This document shows, one piece after another, positions 52,010 to 64,000 of a DNA stretch of 64,000 bases. Within the stretch, counting starts at the first letter, position 1; each line of letters opens with the position of its first letter. A program made the position numbers and the translations under genes. The stretch spans positions 78,554,001-78,618,000 of the forward strand of contig OX597823.1 of assembly GCA_951406725.2 (NCBI GenBank), given 5' to 3'. Under the pieces are notes generated by a model. The model did no database searches. It was not told where the DNA came from and was given only the letters and a program-made list of their open reading frames with translations. Origin of the DNA: Octopus vulgaris. Its lineage: Eukaryota.

Positions 52010-52375
52010 TTAATATTCGTAGTTTACATGAAGTGTTGTGAAACAGAGTTAAAGTATTTTAGAGAGACAGGATAATGCAAAAACCAAGTGTGACAACAGT
52101 TTACACTATTCCATATTATGTTTCAACATTCCAATTTTTAAGTAGTCTTTATCAAGACAAAAATGGCGAATGAGCTTATATCTGATCTGCACATATGTAT
52201 GGGGTTGGAGAGTATAGCATTTGCGGATTAGATATATTAACCAATTAGCTGCACACAGCTCTTGTCTGTTGTTGAGAGAAGGATTTAATTTATTGATAAG
52301 GATAGCTTCCTAATTCCACAAACTTCCACTATTGGAAGTTTGTGGATTAAGGGGATATTTTTATTGATAGATTAT
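52010..52375 (-). mobile_element. Old PLE 3' fragment (GIY-YIG C-terminus + 3' UTR) with a fold-back 5' junction
   Basis: EAILINKLNPSLN on the minus strand near 52270-52310; perfect 14-bp hairpin 52315-52346; decayed UUGAUAA...GAAACAUA motif at 52113-52159. Confidence 0.55.
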
Positions 52376-52726
52376 TACTAAATTGTTCCTATACATCTGA
52401 TGAATATAAAACCCCTCAAAAGCGCTTGTACACTTTGATTTCCAAAGCTGCTGCACTTTTGGATTAAGTAGGAAAATGAGAAAAAAAATGGGTATGATAT
52501 GTCCTGACACCTCATCACCACTATCTTCTATTCATTTCCAGCAGGGGCATACATATATCTCCTCTTCAGCAAAACCCCTGTTCTTAATAATCAGCATATC
52601 TATTATTAAAGTACTTATTCCTATATGTATTTCTTCAACTAGAGACACACCTGCAGAAATGTCAGAGCCACAATATTACAGCCAGTATCAAAGCTACAGC
52701 AAGTTGCAATTATTGTTGTTGGTGTC

Positions 52727-52978
52727 ACCTCCTCTTCCTCCTCCTCCTTCCTCTTCTCTATCCTCCCATCCTCTTCTTCTCCCTCCTTCCTCCTCTTCCA
52801 CTGCCTCCCTTCTCATCTTCCCTCTTTCTCTTCTTCACTCTTCCTTCTCTCTTCCTACCTCTTTCCCTTCCTTCTTCCTCCTCCCTTTTCATTCTCCTCT
52901 TTCTTTATCCTCCCTCTTCTTCTTCCTCCCTCTTCTTACACCTCCTCCTCCTCCCTCTTTCTAAACTCCATCCTCCAT
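52727..52978. repeat. CT-rich polypyrimidine low-complexity tract
   Basis: Direct reading. Confidence 0.9.
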
Positions 52979-53519
52979 ACTTGCATAGGATGGGTGGTTT
53001 GACAGGGTCTGAATGGATGGAAAACTACTGTGCTTTGACATGGTTTCTAAAGCTGAATGTCATTCCTAACACTAACCACATTACAAAGTGCACTGGGTGA
53101 TATTTTATTTATTGTCCATGGCACTAGTGGGGGTCACTATGTGGATTTCAAGACCAAGATTGTCTTCAGCTGAGGGGAGCTTTATTTGGAAACAAGAGGT
53201 TAAAGTATAAGAAAAAGTGCCAGAACAAAGCAGGTTCCTTGCATTAGAGGAGTTACTTGGCTACCCACATTATAGAAGAGAGATTAGGATTAAATGAAGT
53301 GGAACTAAAAAGAGAGATAAAATATTAGTGATGAGGTACCAGAGTGAATGCTCATGGTAGAAATTGGTAACCTCAGGACTGAGGAGGCTATTCTCATTAA
53401 TATTTACTGTTTTGTTAAGATAAACACTTGTATGCTGAGGGTACTACTGTAACCAATGTTCAAAAGCTGATGGTGATGTCTCATTAAGTAATGAAGCAAT
53501 TCTATAGGGGTTTCAACCT

Positions 53520-53938
53520 CTTATTTCTTTATTGCCCACAAGGAGCTAAACATAGAGGGGACAAACAATGACAAACAAAGGGATTAAGTCGATTACATCG
53601 ACCCCAGTGCATAACTGGTAATTGATTTATCAACCCCGAAAGAATGAAAGGCAAAGTTGACCTTGGCGGAATTTGAACTCAGAATGTAATGGCAGATGAA
53701 ATACCTATTTCTTTACTACCCACAAGGGGCTAAACACAGAAGGGACAAACAAGGGCAGACAAACGGATTAAGTCAATTATATCGATCCCAGTGTGTAACT
53801 GGTACTTATTTAATTGACCCCGAAAGGATGAAAGGCAAAGTCGACCTCGGCAGAATTTGAACTCAGAACATAATGGCAGATGAAATACCACTAAGCATTT
53901 CACGTGGCATGCTAACGTTTCTGCTAACTCACTGCTTT
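53520..53938 (-). mobile_element. Dimeric family A SINE
   Basis: Two cores; junction gatgaaatacctatttctttactac near 53700. Confidence 0.9.
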
Positions 53939-54479
53939 GTTTCAGCCTCTGCTGCCATGACACCAGAGCTGCCTGGGGCCACACACTAATGTAGATCTCA
54001 GTTTTGCTGAGTCAGATATTGTGACTCTGGGCCAGATGTTTCTACCATTCCCAATGCTCTGTCTTGCTGCACCACTTGCCATCTCTCTTGAACCAGATAA
54101 ATGGTTTTCTTCCTTAGTAGCTTCTGATAATTTTCTGGCCACATCTTTTCTCTATCTTTTCTCTCCTTTGCAACTTGTTCAAAACTTCTGAACATCAATC
54201 AACAACACAGTCAACAACCATATGACAAATACTTGCTAATAGACCACTACCAATAAGTATGTTACAAACTTTTATGTAGCTGCGCAAATCAGATTTCTGC
54301 TCTCCTTTTGGTTGTGTCTTTATTTTTTATCATTTTCTCTTGATAAAAGGGTTTTTAATCCTAAATAATCTAAATATATGATCCTAATATAAACCGTTGT
54401 TTTTGCTTTAATTTTCTTTTATCCATTTTGTATACGATTTGCAATGCAGTGACTTTCTGAATTGACTATATAAATATAT

Positions 54480-55130
<651 letters not shown>

Positions 55131-56294
55131 TATACTAATGTTTATGAGCATGCGTGTATGCATATAGGTATGTATGTATGTATAGGCCTAAGCTTTTATA
55201 TGTAGTGTGTATGTCTGCCTCTATTGAATCTTCCATTATCTTACAGTTGTAAAAACAGTGCAAAAGGTTAAGCCATAAATCTAAAACATTGAATGCAGTG
55301 TTACACCTTGTCTGACCCCATAAGATCAAAGAGTTTCAGCTTTAATAGTCCAGTTGTTTTAAGTGTTTTTAATAATCGTAATATGGTTGCTCGATTCTGT
55401 CAGTATTTCCTTCCATCAATAACTTTCAGTAACATATTTCACGATGAGAGAGCAAAGAAGAAGAATTATGAAGAACAATTATGTGAATAAAATTGTTCAG
55501 AGAAAGGCAGAAAGTAAGTCTGCATTGAATATAGTGAGAAACATCTGAAAACTGTTCTCCCAAGATTATTGATTTGTCCAACAGAATTTCTTTTGATTAT
55601 ATTTGGTCAAATCTCAGTTGCTTTTATTTATTTAGTCTGTCGAAGAATACCACAGCCCAAAGCAAGCTATTTTCTGTTTTGTTTGTTCGTATTTGTTGTA
55701 GTTCTCGTTTTGCTAAATTGGAAAATAATTGGCTGTGGTTTAATATAGTTTATGTTCAATTGAAAATAGGTTTACATAGGGCTTTAGGGGAGAGGGATTA
55801 AGATAGAAGTAATAATATGTAGGTGTTGTTAATGTAATAAATGCTGAGTTTGAAACGCTGAAGTGCTAGGTTAGAATAAACACAGGTAAAAGGGTCAGTA
55901 TATGTGAAAGCAGATTTAGTACATTTAAGTGCAGGTAAGGGAAAATAAGTGCAGTATTTGTACAGAGTTGATATAATTAAGTGTAATGTTGGTACAGCAA
56001 TAGAGCAAGTAAATGCATGTAAATGCATACAAATACATGTAAATGTCTAGCCTGAGGATGCTGCATGTCATTATATGCAGAGACAAGGTTAGGGAATTGA
56101 TTGCATTGGACTGCCCATGTTCAGTCCATTGCAGGATGAGGGCCTCAACGTTTTTCCTCCACCAGTCTCAGTTTGATGTGGAAATCATGAATTTGAGCCT
56201 GTGATGATGTTGTTTTGATGAGCCTACTCTCCTCACTGGCTTGACATGGCTTGGCAGAGAGATGCAGTTTTTATACTCTTACCCAGGAGTAGTT

Positions 56295-56645
56295 GAGTCA
56301 ATTACACCAAACCCAGTGCTTAACTGGTCCTTGTTTTATCAACCCTGAAAAGATGAAAGGCAAAGTCAACCTCAACAGAATTTGAATACAGAAACATTAA
56401 GGCAGGCAAAATACCTATTTTTTACTACCCACAAGGGGATAAACACAGAGAGGACAAACAAGGACAGACAAATGGATTAAGTCGATTAAATTGACCCCAG
56501 TGCATAACTGGTACTAATTTATTGACCCCGAAAGGATGAAAGGCAAAGTCGACCTCGGCGGAATTTGAACTCAGAATGTAACAGCAGATGAAATACGGCT
56601 ACACATTTCACCCGGCGTGCTAACGTTTCTGCCAGCTCACCGCCT
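56295..56645 (-). mobile_element. Dimeric family A SINE
   Basis: Junction aaatacctatttttactacccacaagggg near 56410. Confidence 0.88.
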
Positions 56646-56659
56646 GTCGAGATAAGGAT

Positions 56660-57400
56660 AGTTAAGGTTAATACAGAACCATTAAAATGTCAAGAAAAAT
56701 ACCTTGCACCATTTTCTGCTCAGTCTTTATATTTTGGGTTCAAATCCTACTGAAGTTATTTTTACCTTTCATCCCTCCAAGGTTGATAAAATAAGAGTTG
56801 GTCAAGTACTAGGATCCGTGGTATTGACTAATCTCCTCAAAGCTGCTGGCCTTTTTCTTAAATTAGAAACAATTATTGCTTCCCTTCATCAGACAATTCA
56901 TGGCAAATTAAAGAAATTATGATCACCATCATTCTTGTTGCTAAATACAGAGTTCAAATTCCACTGAGGTTGGCTTTGCCTTTCATCTTTTAAGGGTTGA
57001 TAAATTAAGTACCACTTGCATACTGGGGTTAATATAACCGACTGTCCCTGTTTCCTAAGTTTCAGGCCTTGTGCCTATAATAGAAAGGATTATTAAAGAG
57101 TTGTTGTTATTATTATTATTATTATTATTTTTTTTATTATTATTATTATTATTATCATCATCATCATTAAGATGATGAGCTGGCAGAATTGTTAGCATGT
57201 AGAACAAAATGCTTTGCAGTATTTCTTCTGTGTTCTGTGAACATTCTGAGTTCAAATTCTACCAAGGTTGACATTGCATTTCATCATTATGGGAAAAATA
57301 AAATAATAATTAGTTGAACACTGGGGTTGATGTAATTGAGAAACCCTTCCTACAAAAATTTCAGGTTTTGTGCCTATATTAGAAAGAATTATTTCTTATA
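56660..57400 (+). mobile_element. Three tandem family A SINEs with (TAT)n tails
   Basis: gttcaaat...cctttcatc blocks near 56738, 56950 and 57248. Confidence 0.8.
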
Positions 57401-57513
57401 TAATTATAATTGTTATTATAATAATTATAATTATCATTACTATTATCAGTAGTAGTAGTAGTGGTCGTAGTCATCGCAGCAGCAGCAGTAGTAATAGTAG
57501 TAGTAGTTGTTGT

Positions 57514-58347
57514 AAGGATTTATTTAGTTTGGTTGCCAGCATTTCAAAAATTAAAGTTTATCGAAAATTTTAAAATTTGGCACATTAATATACATTTCCA
57601 AGCTGAATTACTGGAGTTATTTCACTTTTTCCAGAAAAATGCTTTCTAACGGTTATAGAAGTTTAAAGTTTGGTCATTTTCACCCAGCCAGGAAACAGGA
57701 TTTGGTAGCTGTCAGTTTGTGCTTAACTGCACATATTGTCTACATCTTGAAAATAGCACATGTTGTCAAGAAAGAGTAAACAATGTCTTTTGTAGTTTTA
57801 AGCATTGCAATAGCACGAACTTAAAAGATTTATCCAAAAAGGTTATTTAGCTGTTATTTTTAGCACACCTGGCAATCAGAAACAAGTAAGCAACCCATAT
57901 ATTGTAGTTTTAAGTATTCAATATGCATTTAATGTGATAACACGAATTTAAAAGATTTATCCAAAAAAATAGCACATTACAAATTGAATGTTTTTTAAAA
58001 AAACAAACGTTTTGTTGACCAGTTCATAAACTCACGTGCTCCATTGCCAACAGATAGGTAAAATAAGTGGTTTCAATGTATTTGTCAACACATGCTTTCA
58101 TGCAGACAAAAAAGTTCTTATGTTCTGCTTGTTACTATGGAAACAGACATGAATGCATCTATGGCTTTTGATTGGCTAAAATTACCCAGAATTTTCAAAC
58201 TTTAATTGCTAATAACTCTTTATTTATTGATTTTTAGCGAAAATGATTTTTGACGTCATCCATTAGCCTATAAAAGTGTACCATTACACTGAAAATTAAA
58301 TCAATTCAAACAGAATTAATACTGGTAGCCAAAGTGAATAGATCTTG
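57514..58347. mobile_element. Non-autonomous TIR DNA transposon (old)
   Basis: 30-bp imperfect TIRs 57514-57543 / 58318-58347 (22 of 30 match by eye); internal ~55-bp direct repeat at 57790 and 57902. Confidence 0.6.
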
Positions 58348-58847
58348 TAGTAGTGCTATGGTGACTCATAATTTTTCATTTTTCATTATTCCTTGGGTTT
58401 CTTAGTTATGACATCTACTTCATCCATTTATATATTTTTCTGTTTGTATACCTTGCCTTATTGCAAAACTGACCCATTGTTGCACTGGGCATCTCATTAT
58501 TTTAGCTACTATTGGTCCCTTTTTTTATTATTTAAATATCTTCAGAACATCGTCATTGAAGAAAATATTTTTTATTAATATGACATCGCTTGTTTTAGAA
58601 AAATGAGAAAGAGATGAAAAGATGAGGGCAGGATAAGAGACAGGATGAGATTCAAAATGACATTCTCCCCTTCCAGCTAAAAAAAGTATCAGATAAGAGA
58701 AAAAAATATGTGATATTTCCCCTGATTCAGCTGAAAAGTCTATCAAAGTACTATCATCACAACCATCATCAGCACCAATGCCTTACCCATCAACACCACT
58801 AGCAAAACCAATGTCTGATGTTGAAGGTTGTTGTTGCAACTCTAATA

Positions 58848-59300
58848 TCACAACTACAATCACTACCACCACCACTACTACCACCACTACTACTACCACC
58901 ACCACCACTGCAGTTACTTCTACCAACTGCCCCATTACCATCACCACTACCACCACTACTACCACTACAACTAGCACCACCAAAACCACTACCACCACCG
59001 CCACTACCTCTACTGCCACCACTATCCCCATCAAGACTACTTCCTCCACTTACACCACCACCATTAACATCACCATCTACCACCACCATCTACTGTCACC
59101 ACTATCACTAGCACTACTACTTCCTCCACTTGTGCCACCACCACTACCATCACCATCCACTACTATCACCACTACCATTACCACCACAACTACATCCTCT
59201 ACTTCTGCCACCACCATTACCATCACCATCCACCACCACCACCATCACCACCACCTCTACTGCCACCACTATCACCACCAACACCACTACCATTATAGTA
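58848..59300. repeat. (ACC/ACT/ATC)n trinucleotide low-complexity tract
   Basis: Direct reading; source of the poly-T/H/P ORFs. Confidence 0.9.
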
Positions 59301-59654
59301 ATTTAACAATAACAACAAAAAAGACTACTACTGTAAATAACAACAATAACAGCAAACCAAAGAACACCCTATGCAATAAAAGGGTAAGGCAGTGCCAAGA
59401 GTAGGGTGAGAAGAATATGATGGGATCTGGCCGAATATGCCTTCTAGAAGAAGAGCCATGGAAAAGAAGGACCTGAAGCTTAGAATAATGTGAAAACCCC
59501 AAGACATTTTCATGATTTATGGCCTGGTCATGTGTGGAGGCATGTGCTGTTGCAGTGTGTTGCTGCATCCTACCGTTTGTCTGTAAGTCCCTCTTCCTGC
59601 CAGATGACACCTTTGTACCTATTCTTATTTCCTTACTGCTCATAGGGGGCTGAA

Positions 59655-59806
59655 CATAGTTTCTGTCAATCAAATCCACTCGCAAGGCTTTGATCAGCTT
59701 GAGGCTATAGTAGAAAGACATTTGCCCAAGGTGCCGTGCTGGGGGACTGAGCCAAAAACCATAGGGCTGGGAAACAAGCTTCTTACCACACAACAATGCC
59801 TGCACC
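59655..59806 (-). mobile_element. SINE family B
   Basis: ttgcccaaggtgccgtgc.ggggactga. Confidence 0.8.
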
Positions 59807-59870
59807 TATATATATGTGCGTGTGTGTGTGTGTGCATGTGTGTACATATATATGTATGTGTGTGTGTGTG

Positions 59871-59913
<43 letters not shown>

Positions 59914-60237
59914 CATCATCATCATTTAGCGTCCATATATACATATATATATATATAAAAACAATAATAATAATAATAGTAATAATGATGATAATAATAA
60001 AGGGTAAAATTAATTAATCAATTAATAATTTTACCAAGAAGTTCGGTATGTTAAAAGAACCGTTATCGGTAAACTTAAGAAAATTTTCTTATGGTAGAGA
60101 AATAGCTAGTTTTGACTGGTATTTCTAAATTTTGGTATGTGGTGAAGCAAATTTTTTGCTGAACCCTAATTATAATTATACTCATAATTCTAAAAAAATT
60201 TTTTTCATATATGTAAGTATGTATGTATGTATATATA

Positions 60238-60485
60238 TAGTGAGAATTTTCAAAAAAGCAAAAGACAAAGGCGGGTGTGTAAACAACAAACAGATGTATT
60301 TATTAGTTTAATATATATATATATATATATAGTTCAAATTTACAGAAAGCAAAAGACGAAGACAGGTGTATGAACAACCAGCAGGTGTAATAGTTTACCA
60401 CTCAGGAAGAATGGAAAAGTCTTTTAAGTTTTGAACCTACACTCTCTGACAGAAAGGATTAAGAGGGAAAAATGGAGAGAGAATG
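60238..60485 (-). mobile_element. TA-associated pseudo-LTR-like repeat (one full and one partial unit) with a decayed hammerhead at 60421-60456
   Basis: aaagcaaaagac.aag.c.ggtgt duplicated at 60255 and 60346; minus strand cuuu-CUGUCAG-a-gagu(guag)guuc-AAAAC-UUA-aaag. Confidence 0.5.
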
Positions 60486-61195
60486 GAAACAACATATGTA
60501 TGTATGTATGAAAGCAAAATATGTATGTGTGTAGGTATAAAAGATAATTTGGCCCCTAGATGTACGAGAACCCTGGGTGACTGTTTAGTGCACCCATGCA
60601 TTAAGATAGCACAGGATGGAAATTTTCTGGGAGAAGACAAAAAAAAAAGAAAAAAAAAAGAGTACTTCCTTTTCAGGAGGTGGGGGTTCAAAGACCAGCA
60701 TTATTCTTTGTCAAGTTTCTTCTTTGTCTAATATGGTTGTTACTAAGAACTGCAGAAGGTAAATGGAATAAAACTTTTAAAATGTGCCTATGGTGATGAT
60801 GATGATTATGGTGGTAGTGGTAGTGGTGGCAGTGAATGATGCTGATGCTGCTGCTGATGATGATTATGATGATGATGACGATGATGATAAAACATCAAGC
60901 AAATGAAATATGTGATAATCTATTTTTTATGACAACAGGACTTGTAAGGAATACTTAGTCTCACAGTGTGTGTGATCTATATATTTACAACAAAGATACA
61001 CACACACTTACACACATACAAATACACACATGCACATGCACACATACACACGTACACATGCACATACACACACACAAATGCACACATACACACAAACACA
61101 TACACACACACACATGCACAAAAGCACATGCAAGCACACACGTGCACAAATACATTGGCACATGTCAGTAAATATGCATTGCACATACCTATGTG

Positions 61196-61226
<31 letters not shown>

Positions 61227-62026
61227 ATATATGCATATGTGTGTGTATATGAGTGTATATATATATATATAGATGTGTGTGTTACATCTGACAAAGACAT
61301 GTTATAGTTTCTTTAAAGTACATATTAATGTCCAGCACTTTGCTGGTATGCAAAAATCCTTTGATGTGGCTTGAGCAACATCAACACACTCTATAAATGT
61401 CAATAATTTAATCTGAAGTCAACAGGGGATATTTCGATAAATATAGAAATACAATTATGACTAACAACAACTTTTGAACACAGTCTAACATATGACTGAG
61501 TAGTGTTTTTCAGAACTGGTTTTGTGTTGACGGGTCAGACGAGGTCGCTGGTTCTTTTGCCAATAACATCATATCAATGATGATGCCTGTTATTGCTGTT
61601 GATTTTTGTGGTTGTTTTGCTGTTGCTACTGTTGTAATTTAGCCCCAGGTAAGCCCTGATTGAGAAGACGTATGGTCAAGAATATTCCAGTTAGGACCAT
61701 CCTGTTTGATTTGGGTTATGTCTGTTGACTTTCTTATCACTTTGACAAATGACGGTTCAGTAAGACACAGCTGCCTTGAAGGTAGTCGAGATGCAATGCG
61801 TTTAGTAAGAGAATAAAGTGTGCGGTACTTATGAAGCTCTCTGTATATATAGAGAGGCCAAGAAAGGTTGTGGAGGCATAAATTGGAAAGTATTTGATGT
61901 TCTCTGGTGTTATTTGTGAAAATAAGGACGGTGGATTTGTTAAGTGTTACTTTAATGTTATACAAAGAAATACATACACATAAACACTCACACACAAACA
62001 CACATGCACACACACATTTGTATATA

Positions 62027-62190
62027 CGACAGGCTTCTTTCAAGTTTCTATCTACCAAATTCACTCACAATTCTTTGGTAGACCTGAGGCTATAGCAGAA
62101 GATACTTGCTTAAGATGCCACACAACAGGACTGTACTTAGAACCATGTGGTTGGGAAGAAAACCTCTTGCCACACAGCCTCACCTGTGCT
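62027..62190 (-). mobile_element. SINE family B
   Basis: acgacaggcttctttcaagttt...gaggctatag...aaccatgtggttg. Confidence 0.8.
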
Positions 62191-62310
62191 TATTGCTGAA
62201 AGTATTGCTAATAACGATGGTATTCAGAAAGGCATGTGCTGTGAATGCCATTTTGGTTATGTCTGTGTGAAGGTGCATAGCTTGGTGGTTCAAAAAGATT
62301 GTTCTTTGGC

Positions 62311-62695
62311 GAGCTGGCTGCAAAAGGGAAAGTGTTCACAAGGCAGCCAAAAGAAGCGCTTTAAGGACACACTGAAAGCCTCACTTAAAGCCTCCAACAT
62401 CGACCATGACACTTAGGAGCAGTCTGCTCTAGATAGAGAAGGGTGGCGATCAGCTGTCCACAAAGGTGCCAACACATGCAAGACCAATAGGATCGCTGCT
62501 GCAGAAAACCGCAGATAAGCCAGGAAGAACAGAGCTAACAACCCTGTAGCAAGCACTACCATTCCCTGTCCACACTGTCAAAGACTCTTTTGGGTGCAGA
62601 TTGGCCTCACTAACCATCTGTGGATTCACAAAACAAGCCTACCCCCACCCCAGGATGACTAGATGGCCTTTGTCGCATCGATGGACAAACTACAT
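62311..62695 (+). mobile_element. RTE (BovB-like) 3' fragment with C-terminal Cys/His knuckle
   Basis: GKCSQGSQKKRFKDTLKASLK...DREGWR...CPHCQRLF...IGLTNHL; in-frame stops. Confidence 0.88.
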
Positions 62696-62717
62696 ACTCA
62701 TGAGTTTTATTTCTGAC

Positions 62718-62975
62718 TGTGGGTCGTGTCCTTGAGCATGACACTTTATTTCACATTGCTGCAGTCCACTCAACTGGCAAAAATAAGTTGTATCTGTATC
62801 TTAAAAGAGCCAACCTTGTCACGTTCTGCATCATGCTGAATCTCCCTGTAAACTGCATTAAGGGTACTCATGTCTATGGAGTACTCAGCCACTTGGATGT
62901 CATTTTCATGAGCAGGCTGTTCCGTTGATCAGATCAACTGGAAAACTCATCAACGTAATTAACTGAGTGTCAGTA
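62718..62975 (+). mobile_element. SINE family C (decayed)
   Basis: gtgtccttgagcatgacactttatttcacattgct. Confidence 0.7.
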
Positions 62976-63115
62976 ATGCCTGTGTTAAATTTATGAGTGG
63001 CATGATGGCTGGTTGCTATAAGTTGAAAGCCTTTATAAAGTCACTTGAACTGTAAGAAATTGCAGCTAAATCTTCCTCAAATATAATTTATCCATCACTA
63101 CCTAGTTGCATCGAT

Positions 63116-63772
63116 TGTAGAGGTGGATGAAGGAGATGACCTTGAAGTCTTTTAGGCACTGTCCCGTGCATCCATATGAACTGAAACAGCTGGTGAATTT
63201 TCCTGGTCAGGGCCATACTGCCTTCTTTGAATACTTCAGCTAGGATGGAGTCCAGACCAGGTGCTTTGCCACTGGACAGTAGGCGGCATGCTTTCTGAAT
63301 TTCCTCCAAAGTTGGTTCAATATCCATTGACTTCTCAATGGGGACTTGAGGTAGCCTATCGATAGCTTCACCAGACAAGTCGCCTTACAAGAATTTGGAC
63401 CTGGAGATCTCCATTTCCAGCAACTTTGAGAGCCGCCTCCCAGTGGTGTCAGGCGTCAACGAAAAGCCCTTGACTACAACAAGATGACCAAAGATTTTTT
63501 TTTCCAAGGTCTGAGGTCTCCTGCCCCTAAGTTCTGGACCATCACCTCATCACCCTTACCCGTCTTGTTGCTTAACAACAACCAGACAAGCCAGGAAGAA
63601 CAGAGCTAACAACCCTGTAGCAGGCACTACCATTCCCTGTCCACATTGTCAAAGACTCTTTCGGGCACAGATTGGCCTCACTAACCATCTGCGGACTCAC
63701 AAAACAAGCCCACCCCCACCCCAGGATGACTAGATGGTCTTCGTCATATTGAAGGACAAACTACACACACAC
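63116..63772 (+). mobile_element. Rearranged RTE insertion with 16-bp TSD (inverted RT segment + unknown middle + sense 3' end)
   Basis: TSD ACCTAGTTGCATCGAT at 63100-63115 and 63773-63788; minus-strand PTLEEIQKA...GKAPGLDSI.AEVFK; 63583-63772 matches 62512-62695. Confidence 0.9.
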
Positions 63773-64000
63773 ACCTAGTTGCATCGATGGGTCCCGAGGC
63801 CAATTACTTGATATCAATGATGAGGCTTATTGCTGCTCAGCTCTGACTCAGCAATGATCCAGCCATTATCATCAAGATTTCTCAACTGATGCATCCACTC
63901 TCGACCATCACCACTGGGTCTTTGTTTTCGGTCATGCACAGCAAGTTCACTGTGTTAGTTCTTGATGTTGTCAAACCAGGATTTTCTCTGTCTCTCTTTT

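Overview
Very AT-rich, microsatellite-dense animal DNA. The repeat families look like those of octopus/cephalopod genomes (inference from recalled repeat sequences, not a search). No intact multi-exon host gene is recognisable. Most ORFs in the track are (TA)n/(AAT)n/(ATCT)n artefacts; only a possible terminal coding fragment ending CCFK* at nt 3-65 is flagged. Bases 1-22 kb hold old SINEs and microsatellites. Bases 24-64 kb are a pile-up of transposable elements, many sitting in (TA)n tracts. These include a nearly intact Penelope-like retroelement (RT + C-terminal GIY-YIG, 45586-51972, inverted pseudo-LTRs, one +1 frameshift at CCC-TAA), at least four other PLE fragments, RTE-clade LINE pieces, a non-autonomous Helitron, a decayed Charlie/Buster hAT, a TIR element and several SINE families. 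The standout signal is a set of structurally distinct type I hammerhead ribozymes: one with an ~85-nt stem II, one with a compensated U3-A8 core, one with a U4C core, and one carried by a tRNA-headed SINE that is physically fused to a Penelope coding fragment. Together these suggest a Penelope/ribozyme/SINE mobilisation system targeting (TA)n microsatellites.
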